Shown here piece after piece: positions 38,401-47,203 of a DNA stretch of 55,329 nucleotides. Where the stretch lies: positions 1 to 55,329 of IMG/VR virus record IMGVR_UViG_3300029199_000006, one strand, 5' to 3'. Origin of the DNA: a virus (Duplodnaviria > Caudoviricetes). Position 1 is the stretch's first letter, and each line of letters starts with the position of its first letter. The translations under genes were made by a program, and so were the position numbers. Under the pieces are notes generated by a model. It saw only the letters and a list, made by a program, of their open reading frames with translations. It had not been told where the DNA came from and did no database searches.

Positions 38401-41400
38401 CGGCAGAGGACTGTTCTTTGAATTGGAATCCGGGAACAGCTCCATTGGCGCGATACGAGGAATACCAGCCGCCTAACTGTTTGGCTTTTTGCAGCAGGTC
38501 TTTGTAAACGTCTTTATCCACCTTGTCGGTCAGTTTTACCACCCACAGCGGATAGCCGTTCTTGGTGTGAGTGGTTTCCACCATCTCCATGCCGGTGTCG
38601 CCCAACTCTACACCACGAACAACGGCCTTGGCTTCCTGCTCGGCCTGCCGCTGTTCCTTGTTGGCGAGGGCGCGGAGTTCGTCATAACGGGCTTGCTGCT
38701 CGGCGGTCAGACTTTTAGCCCCACGGACCTGAACGAGTCGTTTGAAATCGTCCAGCGTTTCCGGGTTCTCAAGCGACTTTTTCCAGAGATCGACCTTCTC
38801 TTTATTTTTGGCTCTCGCCTCTTTGACTCGCTCGGCGAAGGCTTGCAGGAGTTCTTCGGTCATCCCGTCAACCTTGGCGCGGATGGCCGCTTCCGGGCCG
38901 TCCATGCCATAGGAATAGCTTTGCCCGGCCACAAAGTCGCTGGTCATTTCGCCCAAAACCATCTTAACGATGGCCGCCTTGCGCTCCCCTCTGGCCCTAT
39001 CTTTGCCGAGAGAGCCCAGCATCTTGGTCAATTCCTTGACCGTCTTTTCTCCCAGTTCCTTGGAGAGAGCTTCACGGCTGTCCATGAATTGCGCGAAGGC
39101 GGATTGCAGGTCGGCCACGGAGAGTTCCCCGTCGTACATGCGGGACATTATGGCCTTGTGGTTATCGACGGTGTAGCCGGAGGATTCGGCGGACGGGGCC
39201 GGAACGGTTTTGCTGTCAGTCAAGTAGACCGGCGCCAAACCGCCGTTGACGATCATCGACCGATAGCGATAGGTGCCATCCTGAGAGACAAGGATGCTCT
39301 TGTAATCGTTGGGTGCCTTCGCCCACTTCTCTTTTGTGACAGCGACAAAATCAAGGCCTGGATCGTTGACGATGGGGAGTTTATTCTGCTGCTGTTTAGC
39401 GGATTTTTCGCGGCGGTCGGCTTCTTCGCGGGCCTTCTGCTTGTTTTCGTCGCTCGCCTGCTTGCGCTGTTCGCGCACTTCGGCCACGCCGGTCTTTGCA
39501 GCGGCTTCCGCTTCGGCCTGTTTCGTCCATTGGGCGAAAGCCTCTTCCGCCCGATCCAGGGCGCTGTTTCTCTGCCCCGCCTGTTTAGCGTTAAAGTTGC
39601 TTTTCCCGGCGACATGGGCCGATACGGTGTTTTTCCGCACGTCAAGGACGCGATAGCGGCGGTCAACGTATTCTGCCCTTACCCGCTCCAGTTCGTCGGC
39701 CAAACTTTGTTCGTTGCCTTCTGGAAGGTCTTTGCGCAGATCGGCTTCCAATTCCTGCATAAAGCTATCGAACTGCGACAGTTCCACGTCTGCGGCCCGC
39801 ATCGGGCTATTGCTGGTCCCAGAGTAAGCGGCGGCCACACGTTTTCGGTCCAAACCGTCTGCAGGCCCTCCCTCAAACATCCCCGTCTGTTTGGCGTCAT
39901 CAGCCGCCACGGCCATTTCGGTTTCCATGGCAAGTTCGGTGACGTTGGCCCCTTCCGGTTTTGGTTTCTTGCCAAAGGTCGGGGGAGTGGCAAAGAGTTT
40001 GCCGTCCTCCCCTACTTTTTGGCCGGGGCGGGTTGTTCCTTCTTCTTCGGGACGAACCCGGTTTCCTTGTCCTTCAGTTTGCGTGTCAGCACTTTCTGTG
40101 CGGCTTTGCCCATCGGTTTCCCTTTCCGAAAGTTCGATCAGGCGGCGCAAGATTTCTGCGTCGGTTCCTTCTTTCTCCATGATAGCGAATGCGGCATCTT
40201 CGTCAACCTGTTTTGCGGCTTCAAACGCATCGCTCAACTTCCGTTCCATCACGCCCCAATCGGGGTCATAGGTGGATTCCTCAAAGGCGTTCCCGGTCAC
40301 GGCGTTCTCGATCCTGCGGTTGTTCTCCTGCCACGCCTCGACGATCCCCTGCTGTTTCTCGGTCAACGCCTTCCCTTGCGCGTGTTTCCGCAGGGCGGCT
40401 GTGGTTTCTTTGGCCGAATAGCCGCCGTCGATATACCAGCGGTGCGCCAGGCTGTTGGCGCTGACCGTGGCGTTCTTTTTGAATCCGTCCGCCACCAGGG
40501 TTTCCGAGTTCTTGGCATTGCGCTCAATATCCGTTGCGTCGGCTTCGGCGGCGGTGCGCTCGATCTCTTCGGCGGTTGGCTCTGCGAAGGGGTCAAAATC
40601 TTCGGCAAGGGCCGCTTCCTGCTCCCCAAACACCTGCTGCGCGTATTCGCGGGCGTAGTTGTCCACCTGAGCGTCGGCAGCATATTGGGCCTGTACGGCT
40701 TCGAGGCTGCCAAGCTCCTGCACCTTGCTCTCGATGAAGGCGCGGCGGTTGGGGTCAAGCTCCACCCTTTCCATGGCGTCACCAGCGGGGGCCTGCTCAA
40801 CTTGCTCTACCGGCGCTTCCAGCAAGTCCTGCAACGCCTCGCGCACCTGGGTCTCGCGCTTCTTCGGGAACATCCAGCCGCCGTGCTTTGCGTTCCATGA
40901 TCCCTTGAGGGCCTTGATCCGGTCCTTATGGGCCTTGGTGTCGCCCTTGACCAGAATGGCCTTCTCCGACAGCGGGGCGATCTGGAGCGGGGCTTGAGGT
41001 GTAAAGGATTCCTTTACAACTTCGCCTTGATTCTCAGAGTTTATGTCGTAAGCTGTTGATTCTGCAATGGTTTCTTGGTTGACGGGTAATTGATTGACTG
41101 GCTCAATCTGGCCCTCCTGCACCGCCTCTGACATCACCGGGGCGGTAATGTTCGGAGCTTCCACCGGAATGTTCACAGCTTCCGGCGTAATGCTCGGAGC
41201 TTGCAAGTCTTCCCGGCTGCCTTTCGGATCGTAAGCGTTCGGGCCGCGCATGGGGAAAGCCCCCGGCATCTGCATGGATTCCGGGGCAGACAGCGCCAGG
41301 CGCGACGGTGCGGGAAGAGCCCGAAGGCCCTGCTTGGCAGCGATCACCCCCAGGTTGGACACCCGGTTCGGGTCCGCCTGCGGTATCGGGGGTTCGTTGA

Positions 41401-42469
41401 TGTTCTGCTGCGAGGCCGCTACCTGCTCGTCCGTCATCCCGGTATTGAGCCCACGGTTGATGATGGTGTTCTTTTGCTCGGGAGTAACAGCGGCCCCTTC
41501 CGGAGAAACTTCCACGGCAGGAGAAGGCAGCAGGCGTGATTCGTCGGTAATAGGCCCTTGCTCTGCGGCGGGCTCTACCGGGGCTTGGACTGCTTGTTCT
41601 TGGGTGGCAACCGTGGGGTTCCCGGACAGGACGGCAGCGGGGCCGCCGACCAGACCGCCGATAACCGATTCAATGATGTTGTCGAAATAGCCCGCGGCCT
41701 CGTCGTAGCCGTGCTTGGCAATAGCGTTCTGCGCAATGGTCTGCGTCGCTTCCGTGCCGGATTCGCCGATAGCGCCCACGATAAAGCGCCTTGCCGCAGG
41801 ACCCGTGGTTTTCAAGATAGAGTCCAAGCCGAATTTTTCCAGCATGAACGTCACGGTTCCGGCCTTCATGGCGAAGTCCAGCGCCTCCTTTGGCGTTTTC
41901 CCTTTGGCCTTTGCGTCCTCGTAAATCCCGCCCGCTTCGGCCCCGGACAGAATGGCAGCGCCACCACTTGGCCCGGCAATGATTGAGACAGGGACAGCCA
42001 CCCCAAGCGAGACACCCCCTTGAACCAGAGCCGACACGCCCCGTTTGACGCTCGGGTTTTCCAGAAAGGTGCCGCTGTATTTAGGGGCATACTCCTGGGC
42101 AACGCCCCCCCAATAGTCGGCGGTTTCTTCTAAAACCTGCTCCGTCCCTTGGTTGGCTGCATCAAAGCCCCGGTCAATCTTGCCCAATAACCCGCTTCGA
42201 GGGCCGGACGGCGTAATCCCTTGGCGTTCGTTCCGTTCTTCAATGCCTTGCTTGTAGGCTTCACGGGAAGCCTTGGCGAGGCCAAAGATCCCGCTGACAA
42301 TTCCGGTCCCTGCCGACACTGCCGCCTCTCCCGTCGCTTCCCACCAGGAAGGATCTTGCGGCGGCTGGTCTGCGGCCACCATGTCAAAAATATCCCCGGC
42401 CGCCTCTTCCCCTTGCGGTTTGGCGCTGGTGGTTTCTTCCATGTCGATCAGGTCAAAAATGTCAGGCAT
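32405..42469 (-). CDS. Large polyvalent virion/ejection protein (3354 aa): N6-adenine MTase, two HExxH domains, C-terminal LPD38-like region
   Basis: FFPTP...VLEPSAGKG...ILMNPPF; GHELTH and IHETRH; C-terminal Y..L.DWEK..Y.HF.IG...RIPKAFE.G. Confidence 0.88.
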   Translation of the reverse strand: MPDIFDLIDMEETTSAKPQGEEAAGDIFDMVAADQPPQDPSWWEATGEAAVSAGTGIVSGIFGLAKASREAYKQGIEERNERQGITPSGPRSGLLGKIDRGFDAANQGTEQVLEETADYWGGVAQEYAPKYSGTFLENPSVKRGVSALVQGGVSLGVAVPVSIIAGPSGGAAILSGAEAGGIYEDAKAKGKTPKEALDFAMKAGTVTFMLEKFGLDSILKTTGPAARRFIVGAIGESGTEATQTIAQNAIAKHGYDEAAGYFDNIIESVIGGLVGGPAAVLSGNPTVATQEQAVQAPVEPAAEQGPITDESRLLPSPAVEVSPEGAAVTPEQKNTIINRGLNTGMTDEQVAASQQNINEPPIPQADPNRVSNLGVIAAKQGLRALPAPSRLALSAPESMQMPGAFPMRGPNAYDPKGSREDLQAPSITPEAVNIPVEAPNITAPVMSEAVQEGQIEPVNQLPVNQETIAESTAYDINSENQGEVVKESFTPQAPLQIAPLSEKAILVKGDTKAHKDRIKALKGSWNAKHGGWMFPKKRETQVREALQDLLEAPVEQVEQAPAGDAMERVELDPNRRAFIESKVQELGSLEAVQAQYAADAQVDNYAREYAQQVFGEQEAALAEDFDPFAEPTAEEIERTAAEADATDIERNAKNSETLVADGFKKNATVSANSLAHRWYIDGGYSAKETTAALRKHAQGKALTEKQQGIVEAWQENNRRIENAVTGNAFEESTYDPDWGVMERKLSDAFEAAKQVDEDAAFAIMEKEGTDAEILRRLIELSERETDGQSRTESADTQTEGQGNRVRPEEEGTTRPGQKVGEDGKLFATPPTFGKKPKPEGANVTELAMETEMAVAADDAKQTGMFEGGPADGLDRKRVAAAYSGTSNSPMRAADVELSQFDSFMQELEADLRKDLPEGNEQSLADELERVRAEYVDRRYRVLDVRKNTVSAHVAGKSNFNAKQAGQRNSALDRAEEAFAQWTKQAEAEAAAKTGVAEVREQRKQASDENKQKAREEADRREKSAKQQQNKLPIVNDPGLDFVAVTKEKWAKAPNDYKSILVSQDGTYRYRSMIVNGGLAPVYLTDSKTVPAPSAESSGYTVDNHKAIMSRMYDGELSVADLQSAFAQFMDSREALSKELGEKTVKELTKMLGSLGKDRARGERKAAIVKMVLGEMTSDFVAGQSYSYGMDGPEAAIRAKVDGMTEELLQAFAERVKEARAKNKEKVDLWKKSLENPETLDDFKRLVQVRGAKSLTAEQQARYDELRALANKEQRQAEQEAKAVVRGVELGDTGMEMVETTHTKNGYPLWVVKLTDKVDKDVYKDLLQKAKQLGGWYSSYRANGAVPGFQFKEQSSAESFMALKEGDVSKADRVQDRQESVKQNAAANLAEMAAALEEKANASLNQDRKTHTHRMARMAGSAEAAARADVAMAQTMRNLSAAIESGEATHLDGVRAKTHIEALDQALRAAKREYERANNISYAQSQEREVSLEDIQNAKYPYPSVHESHVRELFTFLERKSGGKQDAARLRKLWQATDKERTSVVSFATAENITLLERALSKAVANGLDAYAAQNIKEQLQAYGRWQKMGITDLPSLRAALREYLNYRGKKPAADRIKQLEREVSLKPIPGFFPTPKNIVQDMIELADLQEGLKVLEPSAGKGNIADAIREAGFTPEVVEYNSTLADLLQQKGYDVVGQDFLEQSGEYDRILMNPPFENGQDMAHVRHAYDLLKQDGKVVAIMSRGPFFRNDRQSTEFRQWIEDVGGEVQELPDGSFKSAERPTGVATSLVVINKDAPAFSRKPALFPHRGAGYLSPEGKGMADDKTSAPVTDQKRVEELTASLSRAAGREVEPASVDLWERTDLDDLGKLAGVFQKKIVVFQTTREDLSGLPGFFDPKLPGTIFVNVSTPVPHLTLFGHELTHAIKEDRPDLYEQFLEAVAVNEPHFQSMRQAVEDSYGVEITDAELMEEYAAEFIGGKLTDKSFWQKLYAKSPELFRAAFDAVKRIVQKIQGADYNLDIFFKNANKAESVAAEVLTEYAKGGKNTRFSRNTGTGLPLADLSAGLKDSLTKLPGALGKVNLVQSETQLPQDLQAAIEREQMNGAFDGVYWKGNVHLVADNLTSMEDAQRALIHETRHLGLEHVLGGNKKPVLAQAAMLFNKDVADYLKAHKIENTHASRLMAAEEVLVDMVRQNKAHKFIDSVIAKVREWVRSVFSNLELSKAELRNLIANVDKYITSGEEVTFVHGGEAMAFQRKDELKNKRGSFGGAAVKIAPHDGPANIQIIDGEAVLFADKVFLKDPDLVNSRILPRAVQRFLSPLDENVYVRTTNQKEDFNHLKNGTHRGSMNHANGETEYGLSVADKPEYPAKYAYFVTGEKIADGTDGEPIIDVGTARPVGKLRSFEDLREEFDALAYEKRESLGLSKEAVKSLNLATFDRSGVYEPTSYARKTTPARIAALQAKADAMPNSAEKTALLAKVQELRSEVDVEPPPQPAASPAEAPRAAVKPAAAKPAAKPQAPKVAPPARPVAMAISDVFDVPEQHTYLSALKGVFRKAKEVDRKESISAARTKLVDRMHPIEQLGQDAYMQHRLLGNAHATISTFLQHGRLSWDQGVLSVKEKGQGFLPWLHKIGADGRNLFYWIAVKRAEKLEAEGRENWLTPEKRQGVLDSVFAGLTAEQRAAKEKSFEQLNKEFQAYNQNIIDISMEAGLVSQQQVDAWMRDFYLPFYRIMEDPLSQDEFISSPQKSKKHISAQIKRLEGGTEKIGDPIENILRNWSHLIQESQRNVARATAAEVAVDMGLAERVAGNELFKSPGARKENSVISFQEDGKAVFLKVSDELLFEALAETNAKSFNSLVLKMLGAPKRWLTVGATISPSFRIANMLRDTLHTAVVSKSFAPFVDTGRGLVQVWKESPDYIALMASGGGFGQGWVDSGDPRAMARHINKIVKREGKGSKGTLLDTPRKMLEFWERTGHASEMAARVQLYTNLKVKGESNLKAAYEARDLLDFYRTGASNAVRVLSMVTPFLNARIQGMDRMYRGAKADPKAFLAKGALVSAASLLLWSLYHDDDRYKDLEDWEKWQYHHFWIGDQHFRIPKAFEVGALFSTLAESAAAVLTGDEEYDFFLRFLRHTLTETFSVGAPAAVAPSLEVYANKSAFTGRPLEGMSLQRLPAGERANPWTPEILKDMGRTLGVSPIKMEHMVQGHFAVLGSTLLGVADAAYRWGNESPSRPAKTINDLPGLGRFVRSEIGRTKYATRYYEFASEVNELAATISHYKQLGDYQQARKLAMSPPMRYRRFIDMVNSRLSLLRKQERLIYMDARMSAEEKRRRLDQLSLQRKEIYKFAYERIKL

Positions 42470-42483
42470 CTGCCGCCCCTTTA

Positions 42484-43944
42484 TTAAAATGAATACCCGG
42501 CTTGCTGTGCGAGTTGCCGCGCCTTGGCCTTGTCACCCTTGGCTTGCTGGAGAAACTGCCGGGCCAGGGTCGCGTGTTCCGGGTTCTGCGGGTCAAGCTG
42601 CTTCGGTCCCTGCTGCGCCACGTCCAGCCCCCGCGCTGCCGGGCTCTGTCCTGCTCCACCTTTGAGCCGTTGGTAAAACTCCATGGTCTTTTCAGCAATC
42701 GCCTGTTCCCGGTTGCCGCCGAACTCGGCAAAATCCTTGCTGTCAAAGTTCCACGCCTTGGCTTGACTCTTTACCCAATCTTCTGCTTGCTTGCGGGCTG
42801 TGGCATAGATCGGATCGTATATGTCAATGCCCTGCGGCTCTCTTTCCTCCTGCATAAAGACCGGCTCAGCGGCTTGCTCATTGACCCATTCTTCAAACGA
42901 CTTCGCATCCCCGTAGGTTGTAACACCAGTGGCAAGGTCTTTGGTTTGCCTTGGTTTAAGGTACGCGGCATAACCCTGTCGCAACTCACTCAGTTGAACC
43001 GGGATACCGGTCTTGAGCATAATCGGTTCAGACTTACCCGTTGCCCCGCTCCCCTGCGGCTTGACATAGCCCGTCTTAGCCACTTCGCCGGTCTTCTTGT
43101 TCATCCGCAGCGAACCATCCGCGCCAAAGGTCCAATCGTTTTCCGGTTCCTTGATCTTGCCCCGCGCCTTCAAGTAGGCTTCGGCCCCCTGCAAGGTTTG
43201 CAGTTGCCCGGCCAGATAGGGGAATACCTCTTCGAGACGGAAGTTCTTCACCTCATTATCCCCGTCTTCCACCGTGCCGCCGCCCACCGTCGCCGGGGCG
43301 CGGTACTTGCTGCCGTCCGGGCGGGTAATTTCAAACTCCGCCATAAACCCGTCGCCTTCGGGAGAAGGGGCCAGCAGGCTGAATCGCACGTCCTTGGCCC
43401 CGTACTTCTTGCCCCGTTCGGCCAGTTCATCGGCAAAGGCAATGTTGCCGTTTTCCACCAAAGACTTTTGATCGAACTCCCCGGTGTAAAGCTGTTTCAG
43501 GATATTCTCCGTTGCCTCTTTGCGCTCCGTTACCTTGCCCGGATCGTACAAAGCCGACAACTTGCGCTTGAGCCCATGCTGAACCGGCTCCAGCCTCTCC
43601 AGCAGCAGACCAATATCCTCTTGGCCAAACTCCTGCTTGCCCTGCGCCTTCATCTGCCCGGTAAACTCCAGCAGAATCTGGTCCGCCTGGTTTCGGGCTG
43701 CGGCAATGTCCTGCTCCCGATAGTCCGCCACCTTGCGCCCGCGCTCCATGCGGGTCCATTCGGCGTTTTCCTGGTGGGCCTTTTGGTTTAAGGCAAACTG
43801 TTCATCGGCCCGAAGGTCCTGCTTTTCCAGCATCCGGCGCTGATATTCGCGGTCCTCCTTGCGATCTTTGGCCGCTTGACTTTGCAACTCCAGGCCCTTG
43901 AGCGCCCCGTAAGTCTGAATGGCGCGGGCTATCGGGTCCACCAT
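42484..43944 (-). CDS. Internal virion/ejection protein
   Basis: Helical, Q/E/K-rich; precedes the giant gene in the podovirus ejection block. Confidence 0.65.
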   Translation of the reverse strand: MVDPIARAIQTYGALKGLELQSQAAKDRKEDREYQRRMLEKQDLRADEQFALNQKAHQENAEWTRMERGRKVADYREQDIAAARNQADQILLEFTGQMKAQGKQEFGQEDIGLLLERLEPVQHGLKRKLSALYDPGKVTERKEATENILKQLYTGEFDQKSLVENGNIAFADELAERGKKYGAKDVRFSLLAPSPEGDGFMAEFEITRPDGSKYRAPATVGGGTVEDGDNEVKNFRLEEVFPYLAGQLQTLQGAEAYLKARGKIKEPENDWTFGADGSLRMNKKTGEVAKTGYVKPQGSGATGKSEPIMLKTGIPVQLSELRQGYAAYLKPRQTKDLATGVTTYGDAKSFEEWVNEQAAEPVFMQEEREPQGIDIYDPIYATARKQAEDWVKSQAKAWNFDSKDFAEFGGNREQAIAEKTMEFYQRLKGGAGQSPAARGLDVAQQGPKQLDPQNPEHATLARQFLQQAKGDKAKARQLAQQAGYSF

Positions 43945-43953
43945 GATATCCTC

Positions 43954-44211
43954 CTAAAAAAGGTCTGCGCCGAAGTAGCCGGCCATGCCGCCAACGACGG
44001 CACCAATTGCCGTTCCCCATCCCGGCATGATCTTTGACCCGATCATTGCCCCCGTCACCGCGCCGCTTCCCGCCGTGCTCGTCTGCATCTGCTTCTTCTG
44101 CGCCTTGAGCTGGTCGTTGGCCATATCCCGTTCCAGGCCAAGCCGGGCGGCCTTCTGCATTCCCTTTAGGGCCTGATCCTTAACCGAATTGCCCGTGGCT
44201 AAAATACTCAT
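43954..44211 (-). CDS. Small glycine-zipper ejection/pilot protein
   Basis: GAMIG...PGWGTAIGAVVGGMAG. Confidence 0.7.
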   Translation of the reverse strand: MSILATGNSVKDQALKGMQKAARLGLERDMANDQLKAQKKQMQTSTAGSGAVTGAMIGSKIMPGWGTAIGAVVGGMAGYFGADLF

Positions 44212-44594
44212 TGGTTCATCTCCTTGACCATCCCGCCCGTGGTAATGCCGCCGCCGAGAATCGCCTGATCCCGCTCCAGCAGGGCTTGCCGGGTTCGGTT
44301 TTTGGCATCCACCACCGCCGTGGTCCGAGCCAGGTTAAACGATCGATCGGTTTCCTGTTTCACCTGGGCGTCCTGATTCAAACCGAATCGCGCCATCGAG
44401 CGGCCAAACGACCCTTGAGCGGCATCCATCCCGGCCATGGTCTGATCCACCGCCGAGCCGATAATCCGGTTATGCACGGTAGGGTTGTTGTAGGTATCGA
44501 CCAGTTCATTCTCCAAAGGGAAGAACCGCTTTACATAGTCCGACCACTGATCCCGGTAAATCTGCGCAAGTTGGTTGTCCGCCTGGCTGCCCAT
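44208..44594 (-). CDS. Internal virion protein
   Basis: LAQIYRDQW.DY..RF.PLE; resembles the N-terminus of the upstream gene. Confidence 0.65.
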   Translation of the reverse strand: MGSQADNQLAQIYRDQWSDYVKRFFPLENELVDTYNNPTVHNRIIGSAVDQTMAGMDAAQGSFGRSMARFGLNQDAQVKQETDRSFNLARTTAVVDAKNRTRQALLERDQAILGGGITTGGMVKEMNQ

Positions 44595-44609
44595 AGATAG
44601 CGCCTCCGC

Positions 44610-45281
44610 TTAAAGGTTCAAGTTCAGGCTATAGCGATTGGCTGCCGGTTTGGCCGTGCCCCGCATCAGACTATAATTGGTGCCGTTATAATCGGTCCCG
44701 GTCCACTGCGGGGCGGCTACGCCCTCTGCTGCTGCCGGTGCTGCCGTACCGATCTTGCCCACCCCGTAAGCCGCCGCGCCTGCCGCCGATCCGACCAGCC
44801 CCGCTGTAGCTGCCCGGTCAGATTGCTTGTTAAAGGCCTTGTTGATCGCTCTGGAGGTCGCCTGCCCGGCCATATCTTCCATTCCGGCCTGCGCTTCAAT
44901 CGCCTGCCCACGCCCGAGCCGAATCCCGCTCATCAAAGCGGTCACGTCGGCGTTTTCGGCCTGCATGTTGCCTTCTGTGGCACCTCTGCCCAAGGCCCTG
45001 CCCTTGCCGACCGCCAGGTCCCGCGCCCCGGCAGTAAAATTGCCGCTGGCCGGGCTCATGCCCACCATCTGCTTTTCGTGCCCGGCAACGTCCTGCGACA
45101 CATCCCCGGCAATATGCCCGGCCAGCAAATCCTTCTCGCCTCCGGATACCCGCGATTCCTTGAGCCACTTATCTTCCAGCGGGGCAAAGGTGCTTTGGTA
45201 GCGGGCGAACTGCTTTTTGGAAATGTCGGCGAGTGCTATTTCCTGTTGCGTCGGTTTTACCTTGTCGGATTTTTTACCCAT
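44610..45281 (-). CDS. Internal virion protein
   Basis: MGKK N-terminus; Ala/Gly-rich C-terminus. Confidence 0.65.
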   Translation of the reverse strand: MGKKSDKVKPTQQEIALADISKKQFARYQSTFAPLEDKWLKESRVSGGEKDLLAGHIAGDVSQDVAGHEKQMVGMSPASGNFTAGARDLAVGKGRALGRGATEGNMQAENADVTALMSGIRLGRGQAIEAQAGMEDMAGQATSRAINKAFNKQSDRAATAGLVGSAAGAAAYGVGKIGTAAPAAAEGVAAPQWTGTDYNGTNYSLMRGTAKPAANRYSLNLNL

Positions 45282-45660
45282 CGTTCACGTCCCTCCGGTA
45301 ACAGACATATTCCACCGTCCACCCTGCCCGCTCGAATCCGCGCCGGGGAGAAAAACACTTCACTGCCTTGCACCCGGCGTCCGTTGCAATCTTTTGAATC
45401 TGCGGCCAATACCTCTCCTGCACATTGCCCTCGCCATGACAGGCCAGCGCCAACAGGTACGGCTCCCCGGTCCACTCGTTTTCCATCCGCACCAGAATGG
45501 CGAACCCTTCCGGAACCGTATAAAGAGACGCTTTGCCAAACAGGCAGAGCGAATAAATATCCTCCAGCCGCCAATCGGCCTGGGTCGCGGTCTTGATCTC
45601 GGCAAGCCCCGGACGAATCGCGTCCCATGCCGTGCGAATGTCAGCCGGTGTCAGTTCCAT
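45274..45660 (-). CDS. GNAT-like virion assembly protein
   Basis: IA.DAGC..V...SPRRGFER.GW; first gene of the ejection block. Confidence 0.55.
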   Translation of the reverse strand: MELTPADIRTAWDAIRPGLAEIKTATQADWRLEDIYSLCLFGKASLYTVPEGFAILVRMENEWTGEPYLLALACHGEGNVQERYWPQIQKIATDAGCKAVKCFSPRRGFERAGWTVEYVCYRRDVNDG

Positions 45661-45671
45661 TGAAGTCTCCA

Positions 45672-45717
45672 AAACGCAAAAAGCCCGGCCACCCCCGCTA
45701 TGGGTATTGGCCGGGCT
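45672..45717 (-). terminator. Intrinsic terminator in the ejection-operon leader
   Basis: AGCCCGGCCA...TGGCCGGGCT followed by TTTTGCGTTTT. Confidence 0.72.
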
Positions 45718-45809
45718 ATCAGGCGTTCCGCTGGTCGCGGGTCCGTCAGTCACCGATTCGGGCTATAGAATTTTCCTATTTTCCCACGAATACACTCCAA
45801 AGTAAACCG

Positions 45810-45912
45810 TCAAATCAACGGCTTGCGATAGATGGCGGGCATCTGTTTTCGGTACAGTTCCGACTCAAACGAGCCCTTGCAATGGTCCTTCTGCCAGAAG
45901 AACAGAGCGTTG
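45810..45912 (-). pseudogene. Orphan C-terminal gene fragment beside the IS right end
   Basis: NALFFWQKDHCKGSFESELYRKQMPAIYRKPLI*; no start codon of its own. Confidence 0.6.
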
Positions 45913-47203
45913 TTGACGTCTCCCCACGGATGAATCCGGGGGATTCCTAATTCGCAGAATCTAGCCCGACTGTGTTTAGACACAGACAGGACTTACGGAC
46001 TCTCCAAAGGCTGACACCGCCCGCCCGGCGGCCAAGATGTTAATTGCTGCGTTGACGTCCCGATCGTGTTCTGCCTTGCAGTCGGGACACGACCAGCTTC
46101 GGACAGAAAGAGGCAGCTTGTCCATGACAAAGCCACACGCCGAGCATCGCTTGCTCGACGGGTACCACTTGTCGATACCGACAAGTTCTCTGCCGTACCA
46201 GCGTGCCTTGTATTCCAGCTGCCGGACGAACTCCGACCAGCTGGCGTCGGCGATGGATTTGGACAGACAGCCGTTGCGCAGCATGTTCTTGATTGAGAGT
46301 GTTTCGAGAACGATCGTTTGGTTCTCACGGATCGTCCGGGTCGAGAGTTTATGGAGGAAGTCACGCCGGGTGTCGGCGATTTTCGCATGAAGCCGGGCGA
46401 CCTTGACCCTGGCCTTAGTGCGGTTGCGTGAACCCTTTTTCTTCTTCGCCAGCCGCCTCTGGAGCTTCGCAAGCTTTTTCTCGTTGCGGCGAAAAACGTT
46501 CGGAGCAGCCACCTTCTCGCCCGTGGAGAAAACGGCAAAGTGTGACAGCCCCAGATCGACGCCGACTGCGGCCTCAACTTTTGGAAGAACTGCCACCGCA
46601 TCGTCGCACAGCATAGAGACGAAGTATCTGCCCGCTGCATCCTTGGAGACGGTCACGGTTGTGACCTTGGCCGCCTTGGGGAGAGTGCGGGAGAAGCGAA
46701 TCTTGAGCGGCTGCTTCATCTTCGCCAGGGTCAACACCCTGCCATCCCACTTAAAGGCGGAGGACGCATAGGTGGCCGCCTGACGATCATGCTTTGAGCG
46801 AAAGGATGGATAGCGTGTCCGGCCTGCGAAGAAGTTGCTGAATGCCTGTTGCAGGTGACGAAGGGCTTGCTGGATGGGGACACTTGAGACGTCGTTGAGC
46901 CAGGCGTACTCGGGGTTTTTCTTGAGCTGTGTCAGTGCCGCAGACGTCTCGTTGTAATCGAGGCGCTCACCCTTCTCAAACCAGGCATCGGTGCGTAGGC
47001 GCAGCATGTGGTTGTAAACGAAACGAGCGCAGCCGAACGTCCGGGACAGGACATCTTCCTGCTCGGGTGTTGGGTAGAAGCGAAATTTGTACGCTCGTTT
47101 TATATCCATAGCTTACAGTGTACCGCACTTTCGTGTAAAAACCAAGCCAAAACCTGCGCCTTATATCCCCATAGATGAATCTAGGGGTTTTACGGCGCAT
47201 CAT
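45913..47203 (-). mobile_element. IS1341-type element, tnpB only
   Basis: Hairpins CCCCTAGATTCATCTATGGGG and CCCCCGGATTCATCCGTGGGG; right end TCAA; preceded by TTTAT. Confidence 0.88.
45976..47109 (-). CDS. tnpB: TnpB RNA-guided nuclease
   Basis: AYKFRFYPT, VGVDLG, IVLETL, PSSKRCSACG, HDRDVNAA. Confidence 0.96.
   Translation of the reverse strand: MDIKRAYKFRFYPTPEQEDVLSRTFGCARFVYNHMLRLRTDAWFEKGERLDYNETSAALTQLKKNPEYAWLNDVSSVPIQQALRHLQQAFSNFFAGRTRYPSFRSKHDRQAATYASSAFKWDGRVLTLAKMKQPLKIRFSRTLPKAAKVTTVTVSKDAAGRYFVSMLCDDAVAVLPKVEAAVGVDLGLSHFAVFSTGEKVAAPNVFRRNEKKLAKLQRRLAKKKKGSRNRTKARVKVARLHAKIADTRRDFLHKLSTRTIRENQTIVLETLSIKNMLRNGCLSKSIADASWSEFVRQLEYKARWYGRELVGIDKWYPSSKRCSACGFVMDKLPLSVRSWSCPDCKAEHDRDVNAAINILAAGRAVSAFGESVSPVCV

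Noticed and set aside
38489-40900. 803-aa + strand ORF (also 42502-43791)
   Set aside because: Antisense shadows of long GC-rich genes
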